The notes under the pieces: generated by a model | The model's database searches: none | What the model saw: the letters and a program-made list of their open reading frames with translations, nothing else | What the model was told of the DNA's origin: nothing | Shown: in pieces, positions 27,710 through 42,748 of the stretch | Position numbering within the stretch: position 1 is the first letter of the stretch | Layout: each line of letters opens with the position of its first letter | Position numbers and translations under genes: made by a program | Origin: Eledone cirrhosa | Taxonomy: Eukaryota | Length of the DNA: 64,000 nt | Direction of reading: 5' to 3' | Assembly: GCA_964016885.1 (NCBI GenBank) | Contig: OZ024740.1 | Coordinates: 60,450,001 to 60,514,000, forward strand

Positions 27710-29694
27710 CACCGTGTAACATATTATTTGTTCCCCGGTTCTAAGTGTCATTTCATGGTTTGTTATATCCCATTATTATTAAAAAAAACACTATTATTTA
27801 ATCAGAAGTTTGGGTTTGTGGTCAGGAGTTTGATATTTCGAAATTTTCATATGTTTTAAGAAAAAACACATTTTATTTTAATTTATCAGTTCATATAATT
27901 AAATCAACAGAGTATATATTTATTTTATTACACAAGCTTATCAAAAGCAAACAAGTAAAAACAAATAACACTTATAAAGCAACTTATACACGTCAGAAAT
28001 GACTGAATTTCCTGGTTTTGCGGTTGTAGTCCAGGTCGCATTCCCGCACTAGCCTCCAGATATAGTCCCCCATCATTTTTTTATTGTAGTGGCCCTGGTA
28101 CCTCCGCTCTATCTCTTTCACATCTTGGTGGAATCATTTGCCTTGTTCTTCTGTGTAGGCGCCCATATTGTCCTTGAATTTTTCCAGGTGAGCATCCAGC
28201 ATATGGAGTTTAAGCGACATCCTGCATCCCATGGCGCCAAAAGCCTTTATCAGATCCCGCACCTGTTGCTGGTAGTTTTCAGCTCTGTAGTTGCCCAGGG
28301 AGCCCTTAACAACTGCCTTGAAACAGTTCCATGCTGTTCTCTCAATCCTATTGAGCTTATTGGAGAACTTGGTAGACTCAAACACCTTCTTTATCTGAGG
28401 TCCAACAAAAATCCACCTTTGATTTTGGCCTCAGATAACTTGGGGAAGAACTCAAGAAGGTACTTAAAAGCGGCTGATTCTTGGTTGAGAGCCTTCACAA
28501 ACTGCTTCATCAACCTCAACTTAATGTGCAGTGGCGGCATGAGCACAATCCTGGGATCAACCAGTGGCTCCCACATGACGTTCCGGGTCCCAACTACAAA
28601 TTCTGTTCGATGCTCCCAGTTCTTTCTTTTGCAGTGGTCAGAGGTGGTTCTGTTGTCCCAAAGGCAGAGGAAGCATTGGAATTTGATAAAGCCTCCTTGG
28701 AGTCCAAGCAGGAAAGCCACCATCTTGAAGTCTCCAATGATTTCCCAATTGTACTGGTTGTATTGCAGAGCTTCCAAGAGGACTTTCACACTGTAGTAAC
28801 CTTCCTTCAGGCAGACTGATTGAGCTAGGGGCAGTGTCGGGAACTTGTTTCCATTGTGGAAGAGGACAGTCTTCAAACTTGTCGCGGAGCTGTCTATAAA
28901 TAGCCGCCACTCCTTGGGCACAAACGGCACCCCAATAGCGTCAAACAGTCCAGGCACGCCATGGCAGAAGCAGAGGCCATCCCTAAGAGTGTAAAAGCTT
29001 GAGAAAGGTTCGTGTCGACTTCTCTGACTTGTCACCTGCACTTCCTCCTTGACCAAGTTCCACTGCTTCATCCTGGAGACGAATAGCTCTGCAGTGGACT
29101 TGGTCAGATCCATATCCCTGACCAAGTCATTGACTTCTTTTTGGTTTGGGAAGTGAGGAACTTTTACTGGTACCCCAGGCAGGTAATCCAAGTCCTCAGC
29201 ATCCATCTCCTCCTCTTCATCAGAATACTTGTCTTGGAAAATAAATTTGATATGCAATACAAAATAAATATTGGAAAGGGAAATACATATTTAAATAATA
29301 TAAAAGAACACTAATCATACTAATGAAAATTCGTGGTTAAAACACAACTTACCCTTTATTCAGGGTGCGAAAATCCAGTATCAATAAATCTCTTTAATCC
29401 ACTTTTTAACAATTTTATACTTTATTGCACTTTTATCTTTAGGTATTACTCTTTATTTTATAATTTTAATTTAACCCGAAACATATATTAAAAATTATTT
29501 AACATAAGCAAATTAAACTTACATACAACGTAAAATCCAGCATACAAATAATTCTAGTGAATAGCTTAGAATTTTTACAAACCCAAACTTTTAACTGTTT
29601 AATAACACTTTTTTTATTTATTTGGGACCTAAGCAACACAAAAAAAGTGATTACAAGCCAGGAACAAATAAAAAAAAATGTTTGTTACACGGTG
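27710..29694 (-). mobile_element. Chapaev3-type (CMC) DNA transposon, internally deleted
   Basis: Terminal repeats CACCGTGTAACA; 3-bp target duplication TAA (27707-27709, 29695-29697); transposase remnant inside. Confidence 0.8.
27995..29232 (-). pseudogene. Frameshifted Chapaev3-like transposase lacking its N-terminus
   Basis: NDLVRDMDL..WRLFIDSS..GDFKM..CFLCLWD..PPLHIKL..KQFVKAL; MSLKLHMLDAH..EEQG; frameshifts near 28390 and 28135. Confidence 0.8.
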
Positions 29695-29710
29695 TAATGT
29701 GCATAAAATA

Positions 29711-29901
29711 TAATTGTTTCTACTTTTGGCACAAGGCCAGCAATTAGTCAGTGCATAACTGGTACTTTATTTTATCGACCCCGTAAGGATGAAAGGCAAA
29801 GTTAACCTTGGCGGAATTTGAACTCAGAATGACAAGGGCCGTAACTCTATGCGTCAAAGCATGGCGTCCAACCCTCTACTGATACTGCCAATCCACCACC
29901 C
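29711..29901 (-). mobile_element. SINE family A, full-length copy
   Basis: Reverse complement has head GGGTGGTGGATTGGCAGTATCAGTAGAG, B-box GAGTTCAAATTCC and the family tail. Confidence 0.85.
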
Positions 29902-30184
29902 TAAATGCATAAAATATAATGAATAAAAATTACTCATGCGTTCGATAATGCAAGAAAGATTAACCAATGAAAGGTTAACCAATGGCTCGCTGTTATCCCC
30001 CCCCCCCCCTTGTGATGATGCTGGGAGGGTGTTTAAACTAATTCATATGCAAGCATGCCTTTGAGGAAACAACCTCAATAACCCGCTCGTCTCATATCAC
30101 TGAATAGAAACTGCATGAGTAAATTTTATTCATTGTATATTTGTTCATGTTATTTTTATTATATAATTTTCTGTTCACGTAATA

Positions 30185-30243
30185 GCTGTTTGATGAGGTT
30201 GTAACTGTTACATAACAGTTACCACTGAAATACCTATAACAGC
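30185..30243 (+). ncRNA. Hammerhead motif (C3 mutated); degenerate inverted copy at ~27618-27672
   Basis: GCTGT-TTGATGA-GGTTGTAACTGTTA/TAACAGTTACCACT-GAAA-TA(CC)TA-TA-ACAGC; the inverted copy retains CTGATG. Confidence 0.65.
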
Positions 30244-30296
30244 GATTATGTATTCAATAAAATAAGGTAATCTCTAGCCTACTGCCTTCTACTTCA

Positions 30297-30331
<35 letters not shown>

Positions 30332-30408
30332 TATGAAAGATTTAATTGTGTTTACAATAGATTTTGACCAATCCTTTTGACAACTACAATCTTTCCATAT
30401 AAGGAAAT

Positions 30409-30503
30409 ACCCCTTGAAAAGTTCGGCTATTTATTACCATGCTAAAAATTCTAATTTAGTCCAGAAATAGTCATCGAAACGGCTTGAACTCTGCCGTCGG
30501 GGT
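30409..30503 (+). ncRNA. Hammerhead motif, U3-A8 variant, diverged relative of 5209-5302
   Basis: ACCCC-TTGAAAA..GAAA-CGGC/GCCG-TC-GGGGT within a pLTR fragment (~30335-30612) flanked by (TA)n. Confidence 0.7.
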
Positions 30504-30609
30504 TAAACATTTTCCTATATATAGTTACTCGTCTATATTAAAGCTAAGTGATGGGTCTTGTTACCTTGGAGTTTCACCTGTGGATTCACAGGATCAGCAG
30601 ACATCACGC

Positions 30610-30685
<76 letters not shown>

Positions 30686-31173
30686 TGGGGGGTCCTCCTT
30701 TCCTGTCTCTCTCTTTCTCTCTCTCTCTCTCGCTCTCTCTCCTTCATTACAAAGATAATTTCTTCCATAGTCAATATACATGTTTCATTACTAATAAGGA
30801 ATTTTTAGGTTATCAGAAAAAGTCACATATCCTTGTCACGTCTTTTTGAAAAGACGTGCTAGCTACAGGACTTGCAGCTTAGAACAATCATTCATCCATT
30901 TGTACATACTTATATACATACATACATACATACATACATACATACATACATACATACATACATACATACATACATACATGCACAAATACATACACACATA
31001 CATACATACATACAAACACACATAGATACATACATACATAAATACGGAGATACATACATAATACATACATAATACATACACAAATTAAGGATTAATATAG
31101 ATGTATATGAATATACATCTATATTACAGGCGTACATACATTACATATAATCATATATACATACATATATATA

Positions 31174-31316
<143 letters not shown>

Positions 31317-31347
31317 ATACTTAGTACATATATATATATATATATAA

Positions 31348-31711
31348 GTTAAAACAATGAAATAAAAATTTAAGTCATTAGAAATATACTTCACTGCTTT
31401 ACGATCGTTTCTAGGTGATAATAATACATCGTACGCATATTTCTTTATATATTTTGTAACTAACCCTACATAGATCGATAAAGAAATATGCGTACGATGT
31501 ATTATTATCACCTAGAAACGATCGTAAAGCAGTGAAGTATATTTCTAATGACTTAAATTTTTATTTCATTGTTTTAACGTATATCATGACTCTGTTTTTC
31601 TTCTGATGTTCTATTGTTTTCCGGGATTTATTTTAACCTACAACATTTTCAACATATGGATTACATTGAGTTCTTCAGGCAGACTAGACCCCCACAATTT
31701 ACCGTGGATAT

Positions 31712-31716
<5 letters not shown>
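31348..31716 (+). mobile_element. Short PLE-type fold-back unit (arms 31348-31448 / 31478-31578, plus tail)
   Basis: Perfect ~100-bp inverted arms containing GAAA-CGATCG-TA (3' half of an HHR); (TA)n flanks. Confidence 0.7.
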
Positions 31717-31751
<35 letters not shown>

Positions 31752-31756
31752 TAAGT

Positions 31757-31845
<89 letters not shown>

Positions 31846-32228
31846 TATATATGCATGTATGTATGATTATATGTAATGTATGTACGCCTGTATGTATATA
31901 TGTATGTATTTATGTATGTATATATGTATATATGTATGTATATATGTATATATGTATGAGAGAGTGCCACATAGAGACATAAATATAAGATAAAGAGCCG
32001 GGAACTAATAAAGTAATTGCTCCAGATCATGTTACTATATGGAAAATCTAAATCTTGTAACCACATAAAATCTTGACATTGAAATTTATAATAAATGCAA
32101 CTGAGACATGCCTAAACACACACTGCGTGTACATGAGATGGCGTGTGTTTATGTGAATATACTGAGCAGGTGTGTATAGCACACGGAAGCATATATATAC
32201 ATATATATAGTCATGTACACACACACAC

Positions 32229-32312
<84 letters not shown>

Positions 32313-33497
32313 ATGTATGTATATATATATATTTATATATACATACATACATACATATATACATGCATAGATATTGATACAGATGCTCCCATATATATTT
32401 ATAGATATACAGTGAGTGTGTGTGTGCGAGAGAAAGAGGGAGAGAGAGAAATGGTAAGAGAGAGAGACAGAGACAGACAGAAGGGTGAGAGAGAGGGGGG
32501 GGAGAGAAAGTGAGATAACGAAACGCTTCGCAGACACGCATAGGTTTTACAGTGGCAATTCAGTTCCTATGCAGCTCGTAACCACAAGGAGGATGGTAAA
32601 GTATTCATGAAATACTAGATAGGCTGGCGCCACATGTAGATAAATCTTCAAAATAACACGAATAAGATCTCAACATCGAGTAATGCTTAACGGTATATGT
32701 CTATAAACCAAGATATAGCGACAATTATGAATATGGCAAAAACATACATATTTCCATACATAGATGACCGCATTGAGTAACCTATACCTTTGGGATTGCA
32801 AAGAGACTAACTGCAATCAATGTAATATTGTAGGAACACAAAAATAATGTGTCGCTTGCAAATATAACGCTAGAGGTATAGAGAATGGTGGACGATCAGC
32901 TCTGTGCATTAAAGTTATCAACGTTTGGTGAGGTTTAACGTATATACAGACCTGGATTAATCATTAACAAATATAAGCACATATTTAGGGCATCAAAGAG
33001 AAAGGGACACAACGAAAATTTTCCACCGTCGCATTTACCATGATGCATATAGTGCAGGAGGCCGACAAAAAATGCAATATGTCGACGGTCGATCAACTTT
33101 CGTCAAATCGGACCGAGGAAACAATGTTTCCATTCGTCTTTCCAATTGCTAATACTATCAATCGGTCGCACCTCCAGATAGAAGGAGCAACGTGAAATAA
33201 AGTGCCTTGCTTAAGGACATAACACATCGCCTGGTCCAGGAATCGAACTCACAACCTCACGATTTCGAATCCAATTCTCTCACCACTCACGCCATATATA
33301 TACACAATGAAACGAAGCTAGCGAATAAGACCGATACAGGTTCGGTCGTTTTACCACTCACTTAATAATTTAATTAAGTCAGTATCATTAAGTCACCAAC
33401 CCAAGAAAATTAGAGTGGACATTTATACGTTAATTGGTGAGAAAAACGATTTCGTGTGGCTAAAAATAAAAATTGATTTTTCGGCCCCGGACCAATG

Positions 33498-33574
<77 letters not shown>

Positions 33575-33577
<3 letters not shown>

Positions 33578-35228
33578 GATAACAAGTTATCGTTATAGGT
33601 AATCCAGTTAGAGGTTGTGAGTACTCTGTATTGTGGATAGTTTTAACGTACAGCTTTGTTTGACTCAACAAGATGTTTCCATAGTTAGGTAGCGAGTTCG
33701 CGAGAATTCCTATGCTGGTTATACTTGGAGTAATAATAGTGAAAGATTGAAGAATAACATGGTCGGCTGTACAACAAGGGGTTTTATTTTAAGTATTAAC
33801 AATTGTTTCATTGATTAGGTGAGTCAAACAAATCCGTACGTTAAAACTATCCACAATACAGAGTACTCACAACCTCTAACTGGATTACGTATAACGATAA
33901 CTTGTTATCCCATATACCCAGCTCCCACTAGGTTGAGAAACTACCTTAACGCACGGCACTAACATGGAAAAGCACTACATAGGCATGTCCTTAAAAAACA
34001 TACCTATACCTACAAACAAGGACTATACACTCGGTATGATACAGTGTACTAATGACTTCATCCATCGAATCCGATGGAAGGCCTATCATTACGATAAAGG
34101 GCACGCTAATAACACAGAGGAATTTACTAGGGAAAAATACGGATTCAAATCCTGCAAAAATCCACCGAATAACCCCCAGCTTGATCCCTTCGAACTCGAC
34201 CTCATGAACATGATAAATGGAACCAAATTCAAAAAACGTACGGGTTACAACAAACTGCAAAACAACATCAATGCACTACTGAAGAAACTACGCAACACCA
34301 ACGGTATTATGGTAAAAGCGGACAAAACATCAAATGCATACACCATGAGCCTTAACACATACAATAACTTTATACGCCGTGAACTACACAAAAAAATACA
34401 AGAAAACTACAGAATTTACACTCACTAGCATTAATAAGGAAGGACTTAGCATAGTAAAAAAACTGAAAATATCTTATAGAACCGAGCCTCTAACCCCTTG
34501 TTTAACCTAAAGGATCATAAAATTAACTTCGAAACACCTCACAATTAGATTAATATGCCCATCGAAGTCGGATATAGGTAGAATTAGCAACTATATACTA
34601 GATAGAGTAATAGCACAAATCAAGGGCAAACTAGTAATTAAGCTATGGGGTAACACTAACGAAGCAATAGACAGTAGGGAAACATCCAACTTCGTACAGT
34701 TTGACATTAACGACTACTACTCCTCCGTCTCCCCAATCACCCTAGATAAAGCGCTAGCCTTTGCCCAGAAAAACTCGGACCTAACCTCTGATGAAATGAG
34801 AATAATACTAGCTGCTAGAAGAACTATCATTAGATTTGAAAATAGTTACTGGGAACGAAAAAACAGACAGAGTAGCTTCGATATCACAATGGGATCTAGC
34901 GACTCGGCACAGGTAACAGACATAGTTGGAATATATATAGCGCATAACTTAGATAAGGAATTTAATAACCTCCAGGGAGGAATTTATAGAGACGACACAC
35001 TCCTTTTAGCTAAGAACTTAAATAATCAAAACATGGAAAAATTACGGAAAAACATCAGAGTCTTCTTCAACAAACTTGGCCTAGGTATCACTTTCGAACT
35101 TAACTCTAAAAAAGCAAACTTCTTAGATTAACACTCAACCTAAACACAGGATTAATAAAGCCCTTCCATAAAAATAACGAGAATCTAGCCTACATTAGTT
35201 ATAACTCAAACCACCCTCGATCCATTAG
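33575..35228 (+). mobile_element. Naiad-type PLE: inverted pLTR part, 5' end and disrupted RT ORF, 3'-truncated
   Basis: Inverted arms 33575-33667 / 33820-33912; ORF from ATG 33964: SLKNIPIP..RIRWKA..KADKT; KDHK; FDINDYYSS; FDITMGSSDSAQV; YRDD; NFLD. Several frameshifts. Confidence 0.85.
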
Positions 35229-36796
35229 ACTGAAAATAAGTACTATGGTCAATATGATCGAATAAAACACTGGACGACAGTGCTCTAACAAATGGGCCCA
35301 TTTGCTCATAATAGCGAGAGATGGGTAGAGCGGGAGAGATGGAAGCAGTTACAGTGCGAGTTTAGTTCCATAGTGTTCGGACCTGGTGTATATGCATATA
35401 TTTATTCACCACACCGCATGTTACATACGGACATTTAACTGGTTTAAGTGAATAACTGAATGGTTCCTTTTCTTTGAACGGTAAACATCACGCTTGGAGC
35501 TTGTATTTAATAAAGTCCACCCTGTTACAAGAATTCGGACCAGGTCCTTGTCTAAGGATAACTTCCCTCCTTCCCCCTATCAGTTCCGCCGACCATGAAA
35601 AGGATGATGGCCGCAGCTACGACAATAAATCAATTTGCCATGGAGATGTGTTAAAACATAATGTGGCAAATTTATTCAGTTGAGAAATTATTCATAACTA
35701 AGTTTCAAGCTGTTTTCTACAAATATTTTAAGAAGAAACAAATTAGGACAATAAGAATGAATGTGAAAGAATACACATATCAATAGTAAATCCAATATTA
35801 CTAATTTATAAAAGAGACTTTCTAAACTATCAATTTGTTAGACTATACAAAAGCAACCGAGGCAGATATTTCGTATTTATCAGTCTGTAGTAGGCTTCCT
35901 TGGTTAATGTATAATCTATACTTCTATTGATTACAGAAGCTAAATCACTTAAGCTGAAGGAAACATAACAAATTATTTGTTGAGATTGATTAAGAGAACG
36001 CCAATCTAGCTCCAAAGTTAAGTAGAATTTCTCGAACTGCAGCAAAAAAGCATAATTAAAAATTAACTAGCGTTAATTAGCTGCAATCATGGTATACAAG
36101 ATAAACTATATTTGTAGCCGATGGAAATTTTCTTTATATTTTTAATTCTAGCTGTGTAAATATATCATAGAGATGCTGCCCTGTTATAACTGCAACAGAG
36201 AAATCATACACATTATTGCACTCTAAAATGTATATTTGTATATACTGTGTGTGTGTTCATTGTTTTTTTCTTTTTCTTCAAAAATAAAAATAAACTATAT
36301 TGGTCGTGTGATTAAGACAACGGTTTCGCAAACACGTGGTTTCAAATTGGATTCCACTGCATAGCATGTTGGACAAATTTTTCTTATTATAGCGCCGGAC
36401 TGACCAATACTATGACAGTGGGATTTGATATGCGGAAACTATGCAAAAGCACATCGTGCCTGTGTGTATTTGTGTTTATATCCATTTAAAAACCACTGCT
36501 GTTGATTATGATGTGTCCCTTTATGCACATTTCGTTCAATAAAGATCGATAAGATAAGTGTTAGACTGAAAATAAGTACTATGGTCAATATGATCGAATA
36601 AAACACTGGACGACAGTGCTCTAACAAATGGGCCCATTTGCTCATAATAGCGAGAGATGGGTAGAGCGGGAGAGATGGAAGCAGCTACAGTGCGAGTTTA
36701 GTTCCATAGTGTTCGGACCTGGTGTATATGCATATATTTATTCACCACACCGCATGTTACATACGGACATTTAACTGGTTTAAGTGAATAACTGAA
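35225..36796 (+). repeat. ~235-bp direct duplication (35225-35460 and 36561-36796)
   Basis: The copies differ at one position that I could see (GCAGTTAC vs GCAGCTAC). Confidence 0.9.
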
Positions 36797-38654
36797 AACA
36801 TTAAAAATAATGACAAAATCAGCACTAAATATAAATAGAGTTTATCCCATGTGAGATAGTCACTGTAAATTAACCCCACTGCCTCCGTCTCTCCTGCTCT
36901 CACATTTCTCACTATTATAAGCAAATGAGGGCCCACTAACTATGTGTCGATGGTGGTGAGTAAGGAGATGGCCCTAGGGCAAAGGACACCAGTTGAAAAA
37001 TAAACCTCATTTGGTCATTCCATGAGAGTATCTTGGTCAGCTTATGAACTTTTCAGTTGACCCTCGTATATTATTATATAAATGAATAGGCATATTTAGG
37101 TGACTATTACAATGCAGGAGGGGATTTAAATATTGAGGTAAAAATGTCGGATAACGGAGATAAGAGTGAGTGAAAGGAAGAGAAGGAAAACGAGAAGGGA
37201 AAGATTGTTTACGTTGGTAATATATATTATTCCTGATATATTTCTGAAATCTATCCATTCTCTTGGGAACAGAGAGTATCGTTGAGTACTGCTAGGCCTC
37301 CGTATCACTCGCGTTTGAATTGTTAGTTGAACACAAACAATTCTTAGCCATTTATATTATATTACATATATACACTAATGCTTATTAAAAACTTCGCTTT
37401 ACTATTATCCTACTTGATCGCGAATTCATTAAATATTGTTTTTGTTGTCAACATTTATCACAAAATCTCGTTGTTTTAAGGGAAGACATGAAGATAGGGG
37501 AAAATAAGAAACAATAGTAATTAGATTTATATATGTATGGGACATGGAAAGAGAGAAAGTGAGAGAGAGAGAGGGAGAGAAGGAAGAGAAAGATGGACAG
37601 AGAAGAGATGGAATAAGATACTGAAGTAAGAAAAGAGGAAGATGAGAAATGCATCTCTCAGTTAAATTTCTCAACTCACTCTCTCTTTCTCGCTCACTTT
37701 ATCTTCGTGTATGGGCTAATAACAACTTCCGTTACCAATCAAAAACATGTGCACATTATATTAAGATATATACGACGGGATTCTGCTGTTTCCACCTACA
37801 AAATTCCACTTACACGGTATTAGTGAACTCGGGGCGACTTTAGAAAATTGTCCAAGGTGCCGCACAGCAGAACTGGACCCAGAATCACGTGATTGCAAAG
37901 CAATCATCTTAATCACATAGTCATGTCTGCACCTATTGGAGAATAATGATTTCTGAATATGTAGTGAGATGCTATCAATAAAAGAAGATATGTGAAAGCT
38001 GATCTGCTAATGGTGTGGTGACGGCAGAGAATTTCTGATACCCACAGAGGGATTTGTAAGTTAACTTTTCAGTCAGCTCTGAAAAAGCATTCCAGCCATG
38101 ACCATCACGTCATTTTTTTTTTTTATAACCAAGATTACATTCTTCAATTTATCTTTAGTTAGCTCAGCTGAACATCTTTGTTAGTGACGTTCAAGTAAGT
38201 AGTTAATGCAGTAGCATCCCCGTCAGCACAAACTCTATTCTTCGAAAGAAATGAAAAGAGAAGGATGTATCTGGAATAACAGAGATGCGTTGAAGATAGC
38301 GAGAAACTAAAGATCTGTTAAAGATCTGTTGCTTTTTAAAGTGAGTTAAATATTGTGATTTAGAAAGTAATAGAGACAATAATGAAGTGGAAGCCATAGA
38401 TGTGAACTTAGACAAAGGAAGATAGTTCAACATATGTACTTTTTTCTCTTATAATTGACACTTTAATATTGTTACCAGATATCCATATTGTGGCGGGAAG
38501 GAAAAGGGGGCAACAAAATCTAACACAGAAGGATTGCTGCCAACTGCTATCACAAGAAACATAGCTCAATGTCAGTGAACTGAAATAGACCATTACAAAT
38601 TCCTTCATTCGTTGGGGAAAGACAACGATTACAAACTAATGGAGAGATGGGATC

Positions 38655-38733
<79 letters not shown>

Positions 38734-38938
38734 CATATCTTATTTTGTTTGACCCGTTTAGCTTGTTTGCTTTTTTGGCTCGGGTGGTTAATGGCTTCTT
38801 AACCATCATCTCAGTTTGTCTGACCTTTTTAACTTATGTTTATAGCTCTGGTATCTTCTTCATATCCACGGAGCGCTTGTCTACACAATACGGAAGTTGC
38901 GTTTCGCTAATTTCTACCCGCCGAAATGCGATTCTCGC

Positions 38939-39117
<179 letters not shown>

Positions 39118-39179
39118 CATGTATATATGTGTGTGTGTGTACATATACATATATATATATATATATATATACATGTACC

Positions 39180-42100
39180 GATTGTCTCCTCACAAAGACA
39201 TGATTACAACAACAAAAACAACAAAAGTAATGCTGCTCCAGTCTTTTCACAAAGACACGAACACAACAACAACAAATACAACAACAAAAATAACGCTGCT
39301 CCAGTCTTTTCACAAAGACACAATTACAACAAATACAACAACAACAACAAAAGAGGGAACTGCAACCCTATCCAATGTTGTAACCACAAATCCAATCAAA
39401 AACTGCTCCCTGAACAAAAAGAAATCTTTCTTTTTTAGCCATGAACCTGGCAAAAGAGATAGTGAAAAACATTTTAGCCATCACCCAACACCATCCTTGC
39501 TATCACTAACACACAATCACAAAACAAGCCCCCCTGGAACAGTCAAAACCAGCCACCACACTAGCCTCCACATTCTTACTCAATACACAAGGTATCAGCC
39601 CATCCATCAATGCACAGAAATGGAAGATCCAATTCATTGAGGATTGGGTTGGTAACCATCCATTTCACATCCCCTTCTTCATTCTTACTGAGACCCACCT
39701 TGACAACTCCCACTTGGAGGCCGAAGTAAGAGTGAGAAATTTCACAACCATCCGTGCGGATCGTGTTGGCAGAAGGAAGGGTGGAACTGCCATTTTCCTG
39801 CATGATTCCTTTACGGCAGATTCTAATGGATACTGTGAATCAGTCACTGTGCACAATAAAGCCAATGACCTGACATTAGTTGGGCTCTATAGGCCACCAC
39901 AAACACCCATAATCTGCTTCAAAGAATGCCTCAACAGTATTAAATGCTTTATTAAACAGTGCCATTCTAGCAACATACTTTTGATGGGAGACTTTAATCC
40001 ACCCTGTGTCGATTGGTCTACATGTAGTTTGAAACCAGGCTCCCCAGCCTCAACCACTGACAAAGAGGCTGTCGAGTTACTTCTTGACTTCATGAATGAG
40101 TTTTTCTTGTCCCAACTTGTCCTTGCGCGAACGAGGCATCAGAAGAACATTCTGGTCTAGTGTTTAGTAACCACACTAACACTATACATAATATTACAGT
40201 GGAAAAAACCCTTCTCTCAGACCATGACATGGTTCTTTGTAACCTGAGATTCCACCAGCCGAAAGCTAATCCCAGGGTCCTCTCTCCAGCCCACCCATTT
40301 GATAACATGGATCTCTACAATGCCAGCTGGGATGCAATTATGAACGAACTATCACGTCGACTGGTCTTTTACACACGCACACACTTCCACCAACATCAAA
40401 ACATCTTGGGAGATCTTTGTAGACACTGTCACAAATATATGTACAAAACACACCCCACCAAAACCTGTGAACAAAACCAAGTGAAAAACAATAGAAAAAC
40501 AATTATCAGAAAAATAAAAAGAACAAACAAAAAAATTAACACACTAAAATACTGCCAACAGCAACACACACATTCAATGGCTATCACCCTGCTTGAGTAA
40601 AAAAAAATATAACCTCCAGCAATGCATGATAACCATCATCAATAACCAGAGAATAGCTGAAGAGAGGTGCGCCATTGAGAAAATCAAACTCAACCCCAAA
40701 ATGTTCTTTTCATTTGCTAAAAAACACAAGGTCACCGTCTCCACTGTTGGCCCCCTAGTTGATGAAAATGACACACTCCAGGACTATGCCAAAACCATGG
40801 GCGAGATACTGCAGAAACAATACTGCTCTGTTTTCATCAATCCTGATATGGCCGATCTGAGCCGTATCAGCGATGTTAACCCCCAACACACTATATCAGA
40901 CATAACGTTTGGTGCCCCTGATGTCTTAGCGGCAATAAACGAAATTAAACACAATTCAGCAGTAGGCCCTGACAGGTTCCCTGCTTGTGTCTTGAGGGTG
41001 TGTCGACACCAACTTGCATCTCCTCTTGCTAATCTGTGGAGGAACTCACTGGACACTGGCTATATTCCTGAAAACTTTCTGTCCCAGTCCGTTGTCCCAG
41101 TCTTCAAAAGGGGAAATAAGTCCCTTACAGTGAACTACCGTCCGATCTCACTCACCTCTCATATTATCAAGGTATTTGAGAGGGTGGTGAGATCACGAAT
41201 AACCCGCTTTATTGAAAGCAACGGCCTGCTGAACTCCAAATGGGTTCCGTAATGGAAGGGACTGCCTAACGCAGTTCCTGCATCATTTGACGATGTTTTG
41301 AGAGCCTTGGGAGAGGGCTCCAACACTGATGTCATCTACCTTGACTTCAGCAAGGCCTTCGACAGGGTTGATCATAAGATTCTAATGAAAAAACTATTCA
41401 ATGTTGGTGTCTCTGGAAGGTTACTACAGTGGATCAAATGTTTCCTGACAGGCAGAACCCAGCATGTTGTAGTCGAAGGAGTAAAATCAAGCCCTGCCAA
41501 AGTCAGCAGTGGCGTCCCACAAGGCACTGTGTTGGGCCCACTTCTTTTCATCATCTACATTAATGACATTACTGACATTACTGACATCATCAAGCACAGC
41601 AACATTAGAATCTTCGCAGACGATTCCAAGCTCCAAAGGGTCATCAATGAGGTGGGTGACTGGACTTGCCTTCAGTCAGACCTACTGTCTGTTATCCAAT
41701 GGGCAGAAATGAATAATATTCTGTTGAATGGGGATAAATTTGAATTAATCCACTTTGGAAAAAAGGATGCCCTGAAACTACCATACTCTCTTCCTTCGGG
41801 TGAAACTCTAGTGACATCCAATAACATCAGAGACCTGGGAGTAATTGTGGACAACAACATAAGCTGGGCCACTCATATAAACAGCAAAGTTGATATGGCC
41901 CGCAGAATGTGTTCCTGGATTCTTAGAACTTTCCAGTCGAGAGATATCCACACTGTTATCCTTCTCTTCTCCACTTTTGCCCGACCCCACCTTGAATATT
42001 GTTGTCCACTGTGGTCACCCCACACGAAACAAAGTATCATGAAAGTTGAAGCACTCCAAAGGTCAATTACAAAAAAGATAGATGGCATGACAGGTCTTGA

Positions 42101-42583
42101 CTATTGGAGTCGATTAGAAAAGCTCAAACTTTATTCTCTCCAACGTCACCGTGAGTGCTACATTATCTGTATGATGTGGAAAATATTCCATCAGCTTTGC
42201 CCAAATGATGTTGGCATCACCTTTAGTGCACACCCAAGGCTTGGTCCCCGTGCTATCCGCTCACGACAAAAATCTAACTTGCATCACATAACAACAATAC
42301 GGCACAATTATTTCACCTCAATTGGCCCTGCACTCTTTAACATTACACCAAGTCACATCAAAGCAGAGACAGACCCCATCAAGTTCAAGAAGTATTTGGA
42401 TAAATTCCTTCAAGAAATCCCGGATTAGCCTCCTACACCCGGATATGCCTCCGTAAACAATAACTCTTTGCTCGAGTGGGCCATGGTGCCCAAACACTGA
42501 TTTGTAAGACTTCACCAGGTGGTGCTATTAAGTTAGACATGGCCTGGGCCAATACTGGCCGAAACCTATCAAAGTTATCAAAG

Positions 42584-42588
<5 letters not shown>
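39180..42588 (+). mobile_element. CR1-group LINE with complete but disrupted ORF2 (APE endonuclease + RT)
   Basis: LNTQG..LTETHL..GGTAIF..GLYRPP..GDFN..SDH; NYRPISLTS; YLDFSKAFD; SGVPQGTVLGP; FADD; RPHLEYC. Stops/frameshifts near 40160, 40600 and 41250; 3' tail (TATCAAAGT)2; ~60-bp tandem repeats at 39187-39350. Confidence 0.9.
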
Positions 42589-42627
<39 letters not shown>

Positions 42628-42748
42628 TAAAATAACAGATTAAAGTTTAAGCAAAGAATCGCTGCTTTCACCCTTAACGGGATCTTCTGAAACTAACAAA
42701 GTCAATCTGTAAACGCAGAACTGGATATTTCAAAAAACGTTCAACCTC

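Noticed and set aside
28089-28819. Plus-strand 235-aa and 112-aa ORFs
   Set aside because: Antisense shadows of the transposase.
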